A stretch of DNA of 45,238 nt from Octopus bimaculoides (lineage: Eukaryota): positions 16,935,193 through 16,980,430 of the forward strand of contig NC_068986.1 in assembly GCF_001194135.2 (NCBI RefSeq). The letters run 5' to 3'. This document shows positions 10,701 through 23,621 of this stretch, piece by piece (within the stretch, counting starts at the first letter, position 1; each line of letters opens with the position of its first letter). The position numbers and the translations under genes are program-made. The notes under the pieces were generated by a model. The model ran no database searches. It worked only from the letters and a program-made list of their open reading frames with translations, and was not told where the DNA came from.

Positions 10701-11088
10701 GGCAAGACGATCACAGCTGCAATGCTTTTGATCATAGATGTGTTCAATCGAGACTGACCCTGGGTTAAATAAGAAATAAGAAAAAAAAAAAAACACAATA
10801 GCAACCAAGTGAATGATGTAAACCACAGTGGAATAGAAACTCAGAAGACGAAGGGAGATAACATAATTACACAACAAGGGAATTGATAGAAGCTAATACC
10901 TATACTGCCCACTCACGGCACTGGTTCCCAGGAGATGCTGATGAAGACTTCACAAAGATATTCCTGTCAGTTTGATAAATTATGTCTAGTCTCAATGACA
11001 AACATTATTGGTTTTAAAGCTTATAACTAATTCTTAGATGGCTTACGAATTTCTTAGTTAATCTTAAACACACACAAGACAACCACCC

Positions 11089-11121
<33 letters not shown>

Positions 11122-11127
11122 GTTGAT

Positions 11128-11377
11128 TCTCTTATTTGTTCCAGTCATTTGACTGCGGCCATGCTGGAGCATTGCCTTTAGTCGAACAAACTGCCCCCAG
11201 TAATTATTCTTTGTAAGCCTAGTATTTATTCTATCGGTCTTTGCCAAACCGTTAAATTACGGGGCGCGAACACTCCAGCATCGGTTGTCAAGTGATGGTG
11301 GGGGAACAAACACATATATATAGGCTTCTTTCAGTTTCCATCTACCAAATCCACTCACAAGGCTTTGGTCGGCCTGA
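11128..11377 (-). mobile_element. SINE family A, head lost in assembly gap
   Basis: Tail and body match the other A copies and run into the N-gap at 11378. Confidence 0.75.
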
Positions 11378-12536
11378 NNNNNNNNNNNNNNNNNNNNNNN
11401 NNNNNNNNNNNNNNNNNNNNNNNNNNNNNNNNNNNNNNNNNNNNNNNNNNNNNNNNNNNNNNNNNNNNNNNNNNNNNNNNNNNNNNNNNNNNNNNNNNNN
11501 NNNNNNNNNNNNNACGTACATACATATTTACATATATGAATTCCTGAGACAAACATACAAGCATGCACAAAAGTACATATACTCACACATACACCCACGC
11601 ACATACGCACACACGCATGCACCCACGCACCTTCCGTTCCCGCTCATATACACCGACACGTGAGCACTTATACACACTTGCTCAAAAAGCACAGCCACCA
11701 TATTAACTTATATATATATATATATAAACACACAATGGTATACTATATTATGGTTTTCTTTTGTAAGCTGTTTTTGGTTCACATAGATGAAAATCATTCT
11801 TGAATTGACAGCAACACTTTTTTGATTTCACTCACCTCGCTCTTAGTAGAATGGCAAACACACCAGCAACTTATCATGGAATGCTTTTACCTCTAATAAT
11901 GGAATTCATTCTGAGTATCTGATCTAGCAGGACATCTATCTTATCTCAATACTTCAGGCCATCACATAAAAACCAAAATCAAAGGAGCTTGTTCAGAAAA
12001 CACTTAACAGAGAATTTATAAAAAGAAGAAAAAAAAAACAAAAAAAAACACTCAGACAAGCTCTCTATCTCTCTCTCGCTCACAGGCGTACACAGGTGCT
12101 ACCTTGAACAGACACTGACTATGTACCCGAGTACATGAAGCATATACATACTATTACATACTGAAACCAATATAGATCATAGTTACAGACATAGGCCTAG
12201 AGACAAACAAAAAGACATATTGTGACATATAGCTACACAGAAAGAGACACAGACAAACTGATACTTTCTCTCTTTCTCCCTCTGACACACACACAGTTTC
12301 AATTGTATGAAATTTAAAAGCTTATGTGAAGTAGAAAAGCCTTTATCAAAAGCAAGTAATGCAATGAAAAGTTAGACGATAAAAGGGTCGTACAGGCAAT
12401 GATTCTTCCGTACATGAGAAACAGACTAAATGGTGAACAGGACACATCGTGAACACATGTTAAATAGGCTAGAGAGTGAATTTTGTAGATTTAAGCTGAT
12501 GAGGTGGTGAACAAACTTGTAAGGAAAACAGACTAG

Positions 12537-13075
12537 ACAATGATCAGACTGAGTGATGAACATATATGGTTGGTAAATAGACACAGACAGTAAACAGACA
12601 TAGGCAGAGAACAGATACAGATGGAGAACAGATAGTAAAAAGGTAAATGTGGTGAAAGGACACAGATAATGAACAGACCAGATGGTGAACAGACCAGATG
12701 GTGAACAGATGTGTAGAGTGAACAGGTATTACAAATGAACAGAGGTTGCAAGTGAACAAGTATGAATGATGAACAGAGATGGAATGTGGACAGACATGGG
12801 TAATGAACGGACACAGGCATGAACGAACACGGGCAATGAACAGACATGGACCATAAAGAGACATGAACGATGAACAGACTAGGTGATGAACAGATATGGA
12901 TGATGAGATAAGGATGATGAAGAGACATGGATGATGAACTGACTAAGTGATGAACAGACTAGATGATGAACTGACTAAGTGATGAACAGACTAGATGATG
13001 AACAGACTGGATGATGAACAGACTGGATGATGAACAAACCAAATGAACTAAATGTAAAATATCTAGATGATGAAT
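12537..13075. repeat. Minisatellite, 16-bp unit GATGATGAACAGACT(A/G), degenerate leftwards
   Basis: Exact 32-mer twice (12930-12993), exact 16-mer twice (12994-13025), and many decayed GATGAACAG units upstream. Confidence 0.85.
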
Positions 13076-13869
13076 AAGCTAAATGAAAAGGAAACTAGAA
13101 AATAAACATAGCAGATGAGAAGCAGACTAGTCCTCAAACATTGAAGATGCTACAAAAAAAATTGGGAGATCATTGTAAAATGTGTTGGGCACAGGAAGAG
13201 CCTGGAGGAGTAGAAATAGCTCACAAGAAGACATAATTGTAAAGTATTTGATCAATTTTGTAGAAATGAGGAGTCTGAGTTGGAATTAGATGAAGTATTA
13301 GTGTCATTGTTTAGTACCAGATCAACTGGCATTCCAGTTGAAAAGCATTCCAGCAATGGCAATCACATTTATTTTCAGGCATATTCTACCAAAGAGTACA
13401 CTATCTAATGTGATGTCGTTTTTGTATGCTCAGCAGGCATGATTCACGGGAGCTTAACTGCTGTTTCTAGCAGGTCAAATTAGACTTCTTTACTGTTGAT
13501 GTTTATCTCCAACACAGTGCTGGTAATATAGAATGAATAACAAATACCTCAGGGGTCAAACCCTATCAAATTTTCAAGCATAATGTACCCTGAACCACAT
13601 TATTTCATGTGCCATCTTTTTTTTAAAGACAGCATATAATTTAAGGGAAAATTGGCAGACACTCAGTGAGAGCAAAGATGGAGGTAGTAGTGGCAATGGT
13701 CATAATAATAGTAGTAGTAGTAGTAGTAGTACAGATAGGACTTTTATTTTTGCTTTATTTCTTGTTTAATTCTAATAATAGCTTTTCAAATGCGACACCA
13801 TTTTATAAATGACCTCCAACCCATAAAACCGGAGAAACAGAATGTTAAAAGGATGATCGCTGAGTTCTA

Positions 13870-14060
13870 TAATCTAGCAAAAATATTCTACTTGGTTTAT
13901 GATCAAACTGGCCAGATCTGGTCTCTCACACCTACCCTATAATGTCATTCTACAGATAAACAATCACATTATCAAACTCACAAAGCTATGAGATAATACA
14001 CGATTAATCCAAAACAATGTGAATAAATGAGGATTACATTAGACAGAGTACTCTGAATAT
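13870..14060. mobile_element. Dispersed ~200-bp MITE-like repeat, inverted copy of 19769-19973
   Basis: Collinear shared blocks AAATATTCTACTTG, CCAGATC, AATGTCATTCTACA, CAAAGCT and ATTACATT.GACAG. Confidence 0.6.
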
Positions 14061-14755
14061 ATTAGAAACTTTATAATTATANNNNNNNNNNNNNNNNNNN
14101 NNNNNNNNNNNNNNNNNNNNNNNNNNNNNNNNNNNNNNNNNNNNNNNNNNNNNNNNNNNNNNNNNNNNNNNNNNNNNNNNNNNNNNNNNNNNNNNNNNNN
14201 NNNNNNNNNNNNNNNNNNNNNNNNNNNNNNNNNNNNNNNNNNNNNNNNNNNNNNNNNNNNNNNNNNNNNNNNNNNNNNNNNNNNNNNNNNNNNNNNNNNN
14301 NNNNNNNNNNNNNNNNNNNNNNNNNNNNNNNNNNNNNNNNNNNNNNNNNNNNNNNNNNNNNNNNNNNNNNNNNNNNNNNNNNNNNNNNNNNNNNNNNNNN
14401 NNNNNNNNNNNNNNNNNNNNNNNNNNNNNNNNNNNNNNNNNNNNNNNNNNNNNNNNNNNNNNNNNNNNNNNNNNNNNNNNNNNNNNNNNNNNNNNNNNNN
14501 NNNNNNNNNNNNNNNNNNNNNNNNNNNNNNNNNNNNNNNNNNNNNNNNNNNNNNNNNNNNNNNNNNNNNNNNNNNNNNNNNNNNNNNNNNNNNNNNNNNN
14601 NNNNNNNNNNNNNNNNNNNNNNNNNNNNNNNNNNNNNNNNNNNNNNNNNNNNNNNNNNNNNNNNNNNNNNNNNNNNNNNNNNNNNNNNNNNNNNNNNNNN
14701 NNNNNNNNNNNNNNNNNNNNNNNNNNNNNNNNNNNNNNNNNNNNNNNNNNNNNNN

Positions 14756-14793
<38 letters not shown>

Positions 14794-14804
14794 TGAGGCT
14801 AAAC

Positions 14805-14985
14805 ATGCATCATGACAAATATGAAAAAATCCCAGACCAACCTCCTGCACCCGGATATGTGTCCAACAATAATAACTCTTTGCTAGAGTGGGCCATGGTG
14901 CTCAATATATGATGAAAAAACTTCACCAGGTGGTGTTATTGAGTTAAACATGGCCTGGGCATATACAGGGCGAAACCTAACAAAG
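14805..14985 (+). pseudogene. Possible CR1-group LINE 3' remnant
   Basis: HDKYEKIPDQPPAPGYVSNNNNSLLEW resembles the LDK.L..IPD(Q/E)P..PGY...N..L motif I recall at the ORF2 C-terminus of CR1/Crack-like LINEs. It is followed by GGTGGTG...CATGGCC...GAAAC, similar to the SINE A tail. Recognition from memory only. Confidence 0.35.
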
Positions 14986-14997
14986 TTATATTATGAA

Positions 14998-15310
14998 GGA
15001 GCATGGCTCATTGGTTAGAGCACTGGGCTCACAATCATGAGGTAGTGAGTTCAATTTCTCGACCTAGTTGAAGACACTTTATTTCATGTTGCTCCAGTTC
15101 ACTCAGCTGTAGAAATAAGTTGCGATGTCACAGGTGCCAAGCTGTAATTGGCCTCTTTGCCATTCCCTTGGATAACATTGGTGACATGGATGGGGGAGGC
15201 TGGTAAGCATGGGCAACTGCTGGTCTGCCCCAAACAACCTTGCCTGGACTTGTGCCTCGGAGGTGCAATCCCATGGTCATCTATGATTGAAGGAGGTCGT
15301 TACCCTTTAC
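14998..15310 (+). mobile_element. SINE family D
   Basis: GCATGGCTCATTGGTTAGAGCAC...GAGTTCAATTTC...GCTCCAGTTCACTCAGCTGTAGAAAT...CAACCTTGCCTGGACTTGTGCCTCGG. Confidence 0.72.
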
Positions 15311-15802
15311 TTTTTTTATCTTTATATGATGAGCTTGTCACAGTTTCTGTAAATAAAATCCACTCTTAAGAATTTTGGTCAGCCCAAGGATATGGTAGAA
15401 GAAACTTGCCCAAGGTGCCAAGCTGTGGGTCTGAATCCAGAACAGTGTGATTGCAAAGCAAACTTCTTTACTACACCGTTATGCCTGTGCTTTACAGATG
15501 ACAATGTTTTAACATACGTCATGGAAACAGCTGTAGAGCTGAATAAAACTTTTAGAAAATCACTCAGATTGTTTTCTATTTTTCCAAACACAGACACACA
15601 GGCATTTATAGATACACACAGACACCCACGCATTTTTATCGCAGTGTTTGTAAGAAACAAAAAGGGTAATTTGACTTAGAAAATTTAAGTGACCCATGCT
15701 ACTATGATGACATTAAGGATTGTGGTGATGATGGGTAAGATTACATAGTCCCTTATCTCCTTCCGAGTTTTTTTTTTCCATTTTTCTTAGATGGCATTTT
15801 TT

Positions 15803-16050
15803 TTCTTACTGGTTTCAGTCATTTGACTGTGGCCATGCTGAAGCACCACCTTTAGTCGAATGAATCGTCCCCAGGACTTGTTCTTGGTAAGCCTAGTACT
15901 TATTCTATCAGTCTCTTTTGCCAAACCATTAAGTTACGGGAAAGGGGGCGTCCGGTTGTCAAGCGATGGTGGGGATACAAAGACAGACACAAAAACCCAT
16001 ACATACATCTGCATACATACATATATATACATACATCTACATACATACAC

Positions 16051-16092
<42 letters not shown>

Positions 16093-16246
16093 CAGGCTTC
16101 TTCAGTTTCCGTCAACCAAATCCGCTCACAAGGCTTTAGTTGGCCCAAGGCTACAATAGAAGACATTTGCCAAGGTGCAATGCAGTAAGACTGAACCAGG
16201 AACCATATGGTTGGGAAGCAAGCTCCTCACCACAAAGACATGCCTC
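15803..16246 (-). mobile_element. SINE family A, full length with expanded internal (TA)n
   Basis: Both halves match family A. Internal ATAC/TA tract at ~15995-16090. Confidence 0.8.
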
Positions 16247-16984
16247 CACCTAAGGTACAAATATTTCAAAGAGATTTGGCTGCTATTTCTTGTAAGAGGG
16301 TCCTTAACTTGGCTGTTTGGTGGCTGTGTGACTAGTTTGCTGTTTTATGTTTTGATGACAAATTGTGGTGGTGATGGTGGTATAGGTGGTGATGTTATAC
16401 TTAATGGTGGAGTGTTTCAATGACAGCTCATAAACCAGACAAGCACTAACATTTATAGAAGCTCTTAAATATTATTTTTATCTGGAGGGTAGTGTTTTAT
16501 AAAGAAAGGTTAACCAGAAGAGAAGATAAGGGTACATTATATTGTGTGTATATGTATGTGAGTTCCTTCAAGACAGCAGAATTTGATTTAAGGAACATTC
16601 TTAGCTGCTATTTCTTTGTAGAGGTCAAACTGTAACGCTCAGATGGTGGTAAAATGGTGCTGGTCTTGGAGATGATTTTGGTGGTGGTGGTGGTGGTGGT
16701 GGAGGAGAAGATACAAGTGATGATGAAGACAGTACTATACTGCTGGTGGTGGTGGTTGTGTTTGATGTTGGTATCCTTGATTCAGTATCTTATGTTCTGA
16801 TGACAGCCACATAAACCAGACCAGCAATCTAACCTTTACAGCATTTTTGTTTGTTTAGTTTCATAGGTGGAAGAGATTAAGATAGTGTAGTTAGGGAGTT
16901 AGCAGGAAAATAACTGAGAGGATCAAGCTTTTTAAGGTAGAGGGAGAGGGGTGGGGAAACTGAATTGGACTTCTTAGGCTGGGG

Positions 16985-16999
16985 GCATTTCTTTAACAT

Positions 17000-17042
<43 letters not shown>

Positions 17043-18390
17043 TTTATACATATGCAGATATATATATACACAAACACACATATACATACACATATATACA
17101 TATACACATATATACATATACACATACAGACGCATATATACATATACAGATGCATATATATATACACACACACAGTTACAGACACACATTTACTTATGTT
17201 CATATATATGAAGATACACAAACATGGACACACATATACACACACACATATATATGCACACAAGCAAACATATATACATAAACAGATATTTACATATGCA
17301 AACACATATATACACACACACATATATAAATACACACACACACACATGCATTCATACATAGATATACACATACACATTCATACATAGAAATATTGACAAA
17401 TCTATACACACATATATACACACACATACAGACATGAACATATATATCCCTTATCTTTACTCCTTACTTTGCATTAACAGCACACACACACACACTTTCT
17501 CCCTCAAACCGCTATCACAACAAAAATAAAGCAGCACCAAATATACTTACGACCACCCCCACCCAGCCACGTCTCCCTTCACCCCTTTCTCTCTCCACCC
17601 CCACAGCATCTGTATAAGAAAAGATAGAGTGCCTTACTACAAGCCCCACCACCACCACCACCACCTCTTTNNNNNNNNNNNNNNNNNNNNNNNNNNNNNN
17701 NNNNNNNNNNNNNNNNNNNNNNNNNNNNNNNNNNNNNNNNNNNNNNNNNNNNNNNNNNNNNNNNNNNNNNNNNNNNNNNNNNNNNNNNNNNNNNNNNNNN
17801 NNNNNNNNNNNNNNNNNNNNNNNNNNNNNNNNNNNNNNNNNNNNNNNNNNNNNNNNNNNNNNNNNNNNNNNNNNNNNNNNNNNNNNNNNNNNNNNNNNNN
17901 NNNNNNNNNNNNNNNNNNNNNNNNNNNNNNNNNNNNNNNNNNNNNNNNNNNNNNNNNNNNNNNNNNNNNNNNNNNNNNNNNNNNNNNNNNNNNNNNNNNN
18001 NNNNNNNNNNNNNNNNNNNNNNNNNNNNNNNNNNNNNNNNNNNNNNNNNNNNNNNNNNNNNNNNNNNNNNNNNNNNNNNNNNNNNNNNNNNNNNNNNNNN
18101 NNNNNNNNNNNNNNNNNNNNNNNNNNNNNNNNNNNNNNNNNNNNNNNNNNNNNNNNNNNNNNNNNNNNNNNNNNNNNNNNNNNNNNNNNNNNNNNNNNNN
18201 NNNNNNNNNNNNNNNNNNNNNNNNNNNNNNNNNNNNNNNNNNNNNNNNNNNNNNNNNNNNNNNNNNNNNNNNNNNNNNNNNNNNNNNNNNNNNNNNNNNN
18301 NNNNNNNNNNNNNNNNNNNNNNNNNNNNNNNNNNNNNNNNNNNNNNNNNNNNNNNNNNNNNNNNNNNNNNNNNNNNNNNNNNNNNNNNNN

Positions 18391-18421
<31 letters not shown>

Positions 18422-18507
18422 TATAAACATACACACACACACAGACACACACACACACATATAGACACATTTACCTATATTCATATATATGAAGCCACAC
18501 ACATATA

Positions 18508-18553
<46 letters not shown>

Positions 18554-18770
18554 GATGCACATTTATATACACATTTACAGACACACATTTACCTATATTC
18601 ATATATAGGAAGCCACATACACATACATATATTCATACATATACACACACATATATACACAAACACAAATACCTACACACACAAATACTTAGACACACAC
18701 ACAAACACACAACTACTTACACACACACGCAGACACACATACAAACACACACATGCAAATACATATTGCC
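16985..18770. repeat. CA/TA low-complexity region spanning a 720-N gap
   Basis: Degenerate CA/TA repeats with the recurring motif ACACATTTAC(C/T)TAT(A/G)TTCATATATA at ~17185, ~18466 and ~18584. Confidence 0.85.
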
Positions 18771-18990
18771 CTGATAATAAAACTCAGTTATTTATTTACT
18801 TTGATTGAAAGAGGGAGAGAGAAATTTATATTTTAAAACTATTCTCTCCTGGAACTGTTCATCACCCTGTCCATCCCAACCCCTACACAAATACACAGTG
18901 GCCACACCCAGCAAGCAATACCTAAAGTTCAAATCTTTTCAGAAGCCTCTTAAAAAAAACGTTTGGGTGAGTGTCTTGGATTTCGTAGAT

Positions 18991-19023
<33 letters not shown>

Positions 19024-19092
19024 AACATGTGTATGTGTGTTTGAAAGGGGAAAAGAGTTGAAAGTGTAAAAAGCAAGATTGCAAATGTCTAT

Positions 19093-19139
<47 letters not shown>

Positions 19140-19253
19140 CAACTTTAAGAAAACAGAAAGTACATGCAAATGTAAGTCCATATACCTTATTTGTGTATAT
19201 GCATGTATAGGTGTGACTATGTATATATACACAAAAACATACATATGTGTGTG

Positions 19254-19299
<46 letters not shown>

Positions 19300-19307
19300 T
19301 ATATATA

Positions 19308-19537
19308 CAGATAGGCCCAAAAGTAAGTTTACGGTTATAACATTGGCACTCTTTAAATTTCTTTTAAAACTTTATTACATTGAAATTTCTCTCTTACAAA
19401 CTGAAAAGAGAAAATTTCACTAAATTAGAATAGAACAATGGTTTTATATATTTTTTTATAATTAAGATATAAACTATTAATATATGAATGCAAAAGAGAT
19501 AGTTGAATAACTGTAAACCTACTTTTGGGCCACCTTG
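19308..19537. mobile_element. Tc1/mariner-type MITE (230 bp) with TA flanks
   Basis: TA|CAGATAGGCCCAAAAGTAAGTTTACGGTTAT ... ATAACTGTAAACCTACTTTTGGGCCACCTTG|TA: ~31-bp imperfect TIRs. Confidence 0.8.
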
Positions 19538-19768
19538 TATATTTATATATATATATTTCATGCTTACACTATGAATAATCAACAGAGGAATGTTAAAACA
19601 AATGGTTAACTAATACAGGAATTATACAAGAGTGACATTTGATGTGCACCTGCACTTCTTGCATTTCATTGCAACAGAGATGAAAAATATTGGAATCAAT
19701 AATTTAACTCATTTAAAAACAAAGCCCCTGCGGCCACCCCTAGTGCTATGAAATTAACTTGTTTTGAT

Positions 19769-19973
19769 CCTTTAGCACTCGGATTACTGTCAAATGTAAT
19801 GCTTATTTATTGACATTTCTTTGAATTAATTGTGCATTATTTTGCAGCTTTGAGACGTGATTGCTTATTTGTAGAATGACATTCCTGGATAAATGTGGAA
19901 GATTGGATCTGGTCGATTTTGTACTGAAGACAAGTAGAATATTTGGGCCAGATAAGGTCAGTTCAAATGCTAA
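19769..19973. mobile_element. MITE-like dispersed repeat (possibly piggyBac-type ends)
   Basis: Homologous to 13870-14060. Ends CCTTTAGCA...TGCTAA retain a short inverted repeat. Superfamily assignment is inference. Confidence 0.55.
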
Positions 19974-20157
19974 CTAAAATAGTGATCGTTGTAAGGATTT
20001 AATTTGAAACCTTTTATGAAAATTCCATGTTTTGAGCTTAAATAATGACAAAGATTTTTTAATAATAAATTTTTTGTTATTTTTCAAAATTAATTGAAAC
20101 AAAAGCAGTATATTTTAACAGAAATATGATAACAAAATGGCTAAAAGTTAACAAATG

Positions 20158-20662
20158 CAGTTCTATATTTAAGAGATGAGGAATTATGTACATTATTTAC
20201 ATTAAGTAATGAAGATAACCTCTCTTTGATTTTGTTATTTAGTTGATGTTTTTTCCAACAGTTGTAATGGATCCTCTCATGGATGAGGGCATGTCCTGCC
20301 CTTTCCGCTACTCTTCTAGCTTTATATGAATCCACTGGTGTTGTTATATTCAAGCCAGGTGGAATGAGCTTTGAGTTTCTACATCTACACAGGAAAGTTA
20401 GATGGTTTCAAAGACGAGCTAGTTTTTGATGGAGTTTCTCTATATGGCTCCATTGAAGTCTAATATCAGCTCTGTACCAATTAGATAATACAGTTCTATA
20501 TTTAAGAGATGAGGAATTATGTACATTATTTACATTAAGTAATTAAGATAACCTCTCTATGATTTCATTATTTAGTTGATGTTTCTTTCCAATGGTTGTA
20601 ATGGATCCTCTCACAGACAAGGGCATGTCCTGCCCTTTCTGCTACTCTTCTAGCTTTATATG
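20158..20662. repeat. Local direct duplication of ~171 bp (20158-20328 and 20491-20662)
   Basis: Manual alignment gives 12 differences. The first ~45 bp also occur at ~9634-9677. Confidence 0.92.
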
Positions 20663-21756
20663 TAAATAATGTAAATAAGTTAACAAATAGACGCAAAATA
20701 TATTTTCACTGACAACTGTGATATGTGAATGCATTTCGTACTAGAAACTATTATAATCACACCGATATCTAAAAGAGATTCTGTTGCTATGTACTGATGG
20801 TGTGAACATTAAACTTCACATTTGTGGTCAAAATTTGAGTATAGTGTGTATTAAGAACATCTGAAAGAAACTCAGTCGCTATGTACCTGTGTCAATAAAT
20901 ATAATTCTATCGATGTGCTGTAATATTTTAATATAGTTTATTTTATTATTAACTATTACAGCTGGCAATCTCTGAGAAGTTATTGTGTTGCTCTCTCTAT
21001 AACTATATGAATGAAGTTGTTTCTTTTTATGTATACAGCTAATATTTGAATATATTTTGTACTACAAACTATTATAGTCATTAATATCTGAAAGATATTG
21101 TGTAAATATGTACACATCAGTGTGAAGGACTTTATATACACCTTATTTGTTCGTGTATAATGTGAGAAATTTCATACAAAAGATCAAGAGTTAAAATTTG
21201 TGAAGAGAATGGTGTTACGATCTAGCAAAAAAATAAAGTGTGGATAAAATACNNNNNNNNNNGAGTTAAAATTTGTGAAGAGAATGGTGTTACGATCTAG
21301 CAAAAAAATAAATAGTGTGGATAAAATACGTTATTGCTTTTTAGATGCAAATAGTGGGGGTGGGGAGGGAGGGTCATTTATATTTGAGATCACACTGTAC
21401 TTGGAACTGGAACTATCACATCCTGTCAAGAGAAGGAAATGGACATGCACACATACAAGCAAACATGACGGACTCTCCTGTCGAAGACGATATACGAGCG
21501 TTCAGCAAATGATTCGTTTATAGTAATCAAATACCTGTACCACACATCAGCTCACTCTCTCCATCAAATTGACATCACCTGAACAGATATACTGTGTAAC
21601 CATAGGTCAGGTGACAAAATGATCGCAGAGCAACGCAAAATGAAGTGTTTTGCTCGAGAGCAACACATCACCCAGCCTAGAAATTGAAATCACACATGGT
21701 AGATCACCTGAGCAACACCCTAACCACTAAGCCACGTGGTGGTATGCATGTGTGTG

Positions 21757-21800
<44 letters not shown>

Positions 21801-21966
21801 TACACTTCTTATCACCGTTCACTTCGGGACTGGTGACCACTCTAAGTTGTGGTTCATGACCGATCAGACGCATAGTTTAATTGAAAACTGTGAGTGCGTG
21901 CGCGTGTGCGTGTGTGTGTGTGTGTGTGTGTATCTTTGCCTTAACATCACACTAAATGTAAACGAA

Positions 21967-22200
21967 CATCATCATCATTTAACGCCTGTTGTCCATGCTG
22001 GCACAGGCTGGCATGCTGGAAGTTTGTGCCAATCTCCAGTCTGATTTGGAATGGTTTTCTATGGCTGGATGCCCATCCTAATACCACCCATTCCAAGAGT
22101 CTTATGGGTGGCTTTTACATGCTGCTGGCATGGGTGCCAATTTGCATGACACCGTATCCGTCACGACTGCGATTTTGCTTGGCTTGAGGGGGTCTTCTTC
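21967..22200 (-). mobile_element. SINE-like family C, decayed
   Basis: CATCATCATCATTTAACGCC...TTTCTATGGCTGGATGCCCATCCTAAT. Confidence 0.6.
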
Positions 22201-22344
22201 TCAAGCAGAACATAATGCCAAAGGTCTTGGTCATCGCTTCCATTATAGAAATGGTGTCATCCATTTGCAACTATGAAAACAAGGGTTAGCAACAGGAAGA
22301 GCATCCAGCCATAGATAATCTGTTGTGTTCCTAGGTCATGGGGA

Positions 22345-22845
22345 AATATTCTTTTCTACTCTAGGCACAAGGCCTGAAATTTTGGGGAGCAGGGCCAGTC
22401 AATTAGATCGACAGCAGTATGTAACTGGTACTTAATATATCGACCCCAAAAGGGTGAAAGGCAAAGTCGACCTCAGTGAAATTTGAACTCAGAACAAAGA
22501 CAGACAAAATACCACTAACCATTTCGCCCTGCATGCTAATGTTTCTTATTTTTTATTGCCCACAAGGGGCTAAACATAGAGGGGACAAAGAAGGACAGAC
22601 AATGGGATTAAATCGATTGCATTGACCCCAGTGCATAACTGGTACTTATTTAATTGACCCCGAAAGGATGAAAGGCAAAGTCGACCTCGGCGGAATTGGA
22701 ACTCAGAACATAATGGCAGACGAAATACCGCTAAGCATTTCGTCCGGCGTGCTAACGTTTCTGCCAACATGCAGCCTTTAAATTATCTTTTCTACTCTAG
22801 GCACAAGGCCCAAAATTTTCCTAACGTTTCTGCCAGCTCACCACC
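22345..22845 (-). mobile_element. Cluster of tandem SINE B copies with two alternative tails
   Basis: Two near-complete copies plus fragments. Tails are TCTACTCTAGGCACAAGGCC and TTATTGCCCACAAGGGGCTAAACATAGAGGGG (plus-strand reading). Confidence 0.75.
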
Positions 22846-23227
22846 TGGGAAAATATTACCTTGCTTGCAAGTAGGTGAGGGTTAGTGACAGGAAGAGCAT
22901 CTAGGCATAGAAAATCTGTTTCAACACTTTTCATCTGATGCATTAATGCATGCAAAAAGGATGTTAAAATGACAGAAAGCAATCGGGATATTGTGTTGCT
23001 ATGTAAATATGGGTGTTAACCTAATTCTTTCTCTACACATGTGGTCAGTGCTACTTTTGTCCTTTATTTATTCAGCCATTAGGCTGTGCCTTGCAGAATT
23101 TTAATCGAATCAATCAATCCCAGTACTTGATACTTTACTTGTCAAGTGATGGTGAGGGAACAGAGTGATTGGGGGCAAAAACAGACAAAGACATACACGC
23201 ATGCGTGCACATACAGACATAGGTGAA

Positions 23228-23621
23228 TATGTAGCTGTGTGGTAAGAAGCTTGATTGCCAACCACATAGTTCCGGGTACAGTCTCGCTGCATGGCACCTT
23301 CGGCAAGTGTCTATTGTAGCCTCAGGCCGACCAAAGCCTTGTGAGTGGATTTGGTAGATGGAAACTGAAAGAAGCCAGTCGTATCTATGTATATATATAT
23401 ATGTGTGTGTGTATATGTTTGTGTGTCTGATTTTGTCCCCCTAACATGGCTTGACAACCGATGCTGGTGTGTTTATGTTCCTGTAACTTGGCAGTTCAGC
23501 AAAGGAGACTGATAGGATAAGTACTGGGCTTACAAAGAATAAGTCATGGGGTCGATTTGCGCAACTAAAGGCAGTGCTCCAGCATGGCCACAGTCAAATG
23601 ACTGAAACAAGTAAAAGAGTA
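23228..23621 (+). mobile_element. SINE family A, full length
   Basis: GTAGCTGTGTGGTAAG...GCACCTTCGGCAAG...GACTGAAACAAGTAAAAGAG. A further head-only copy follows at ~23645-23800. Confidence 0.82.

Noticed and set aside
10912-10970. Minus-strand 47-nt segment ending at GTGAGT (similar donor at ~11835)
   Set aside because: Poor acceptor context and no recognisable protein motif.
12930-13035. ATGATGA/CTGA motifs resembling snoRNA C/D boxes, and CRISPR-like periodicity
   Set aside because: Simple tandem units with no unique spacers, guide sequences or terminal stems, in a eukaryotic context.
21188-21330. ~65-bp direct repeat either side of a 10-N gap
   Set aside because: Typical unmerged contig overlap (assembly artefact).
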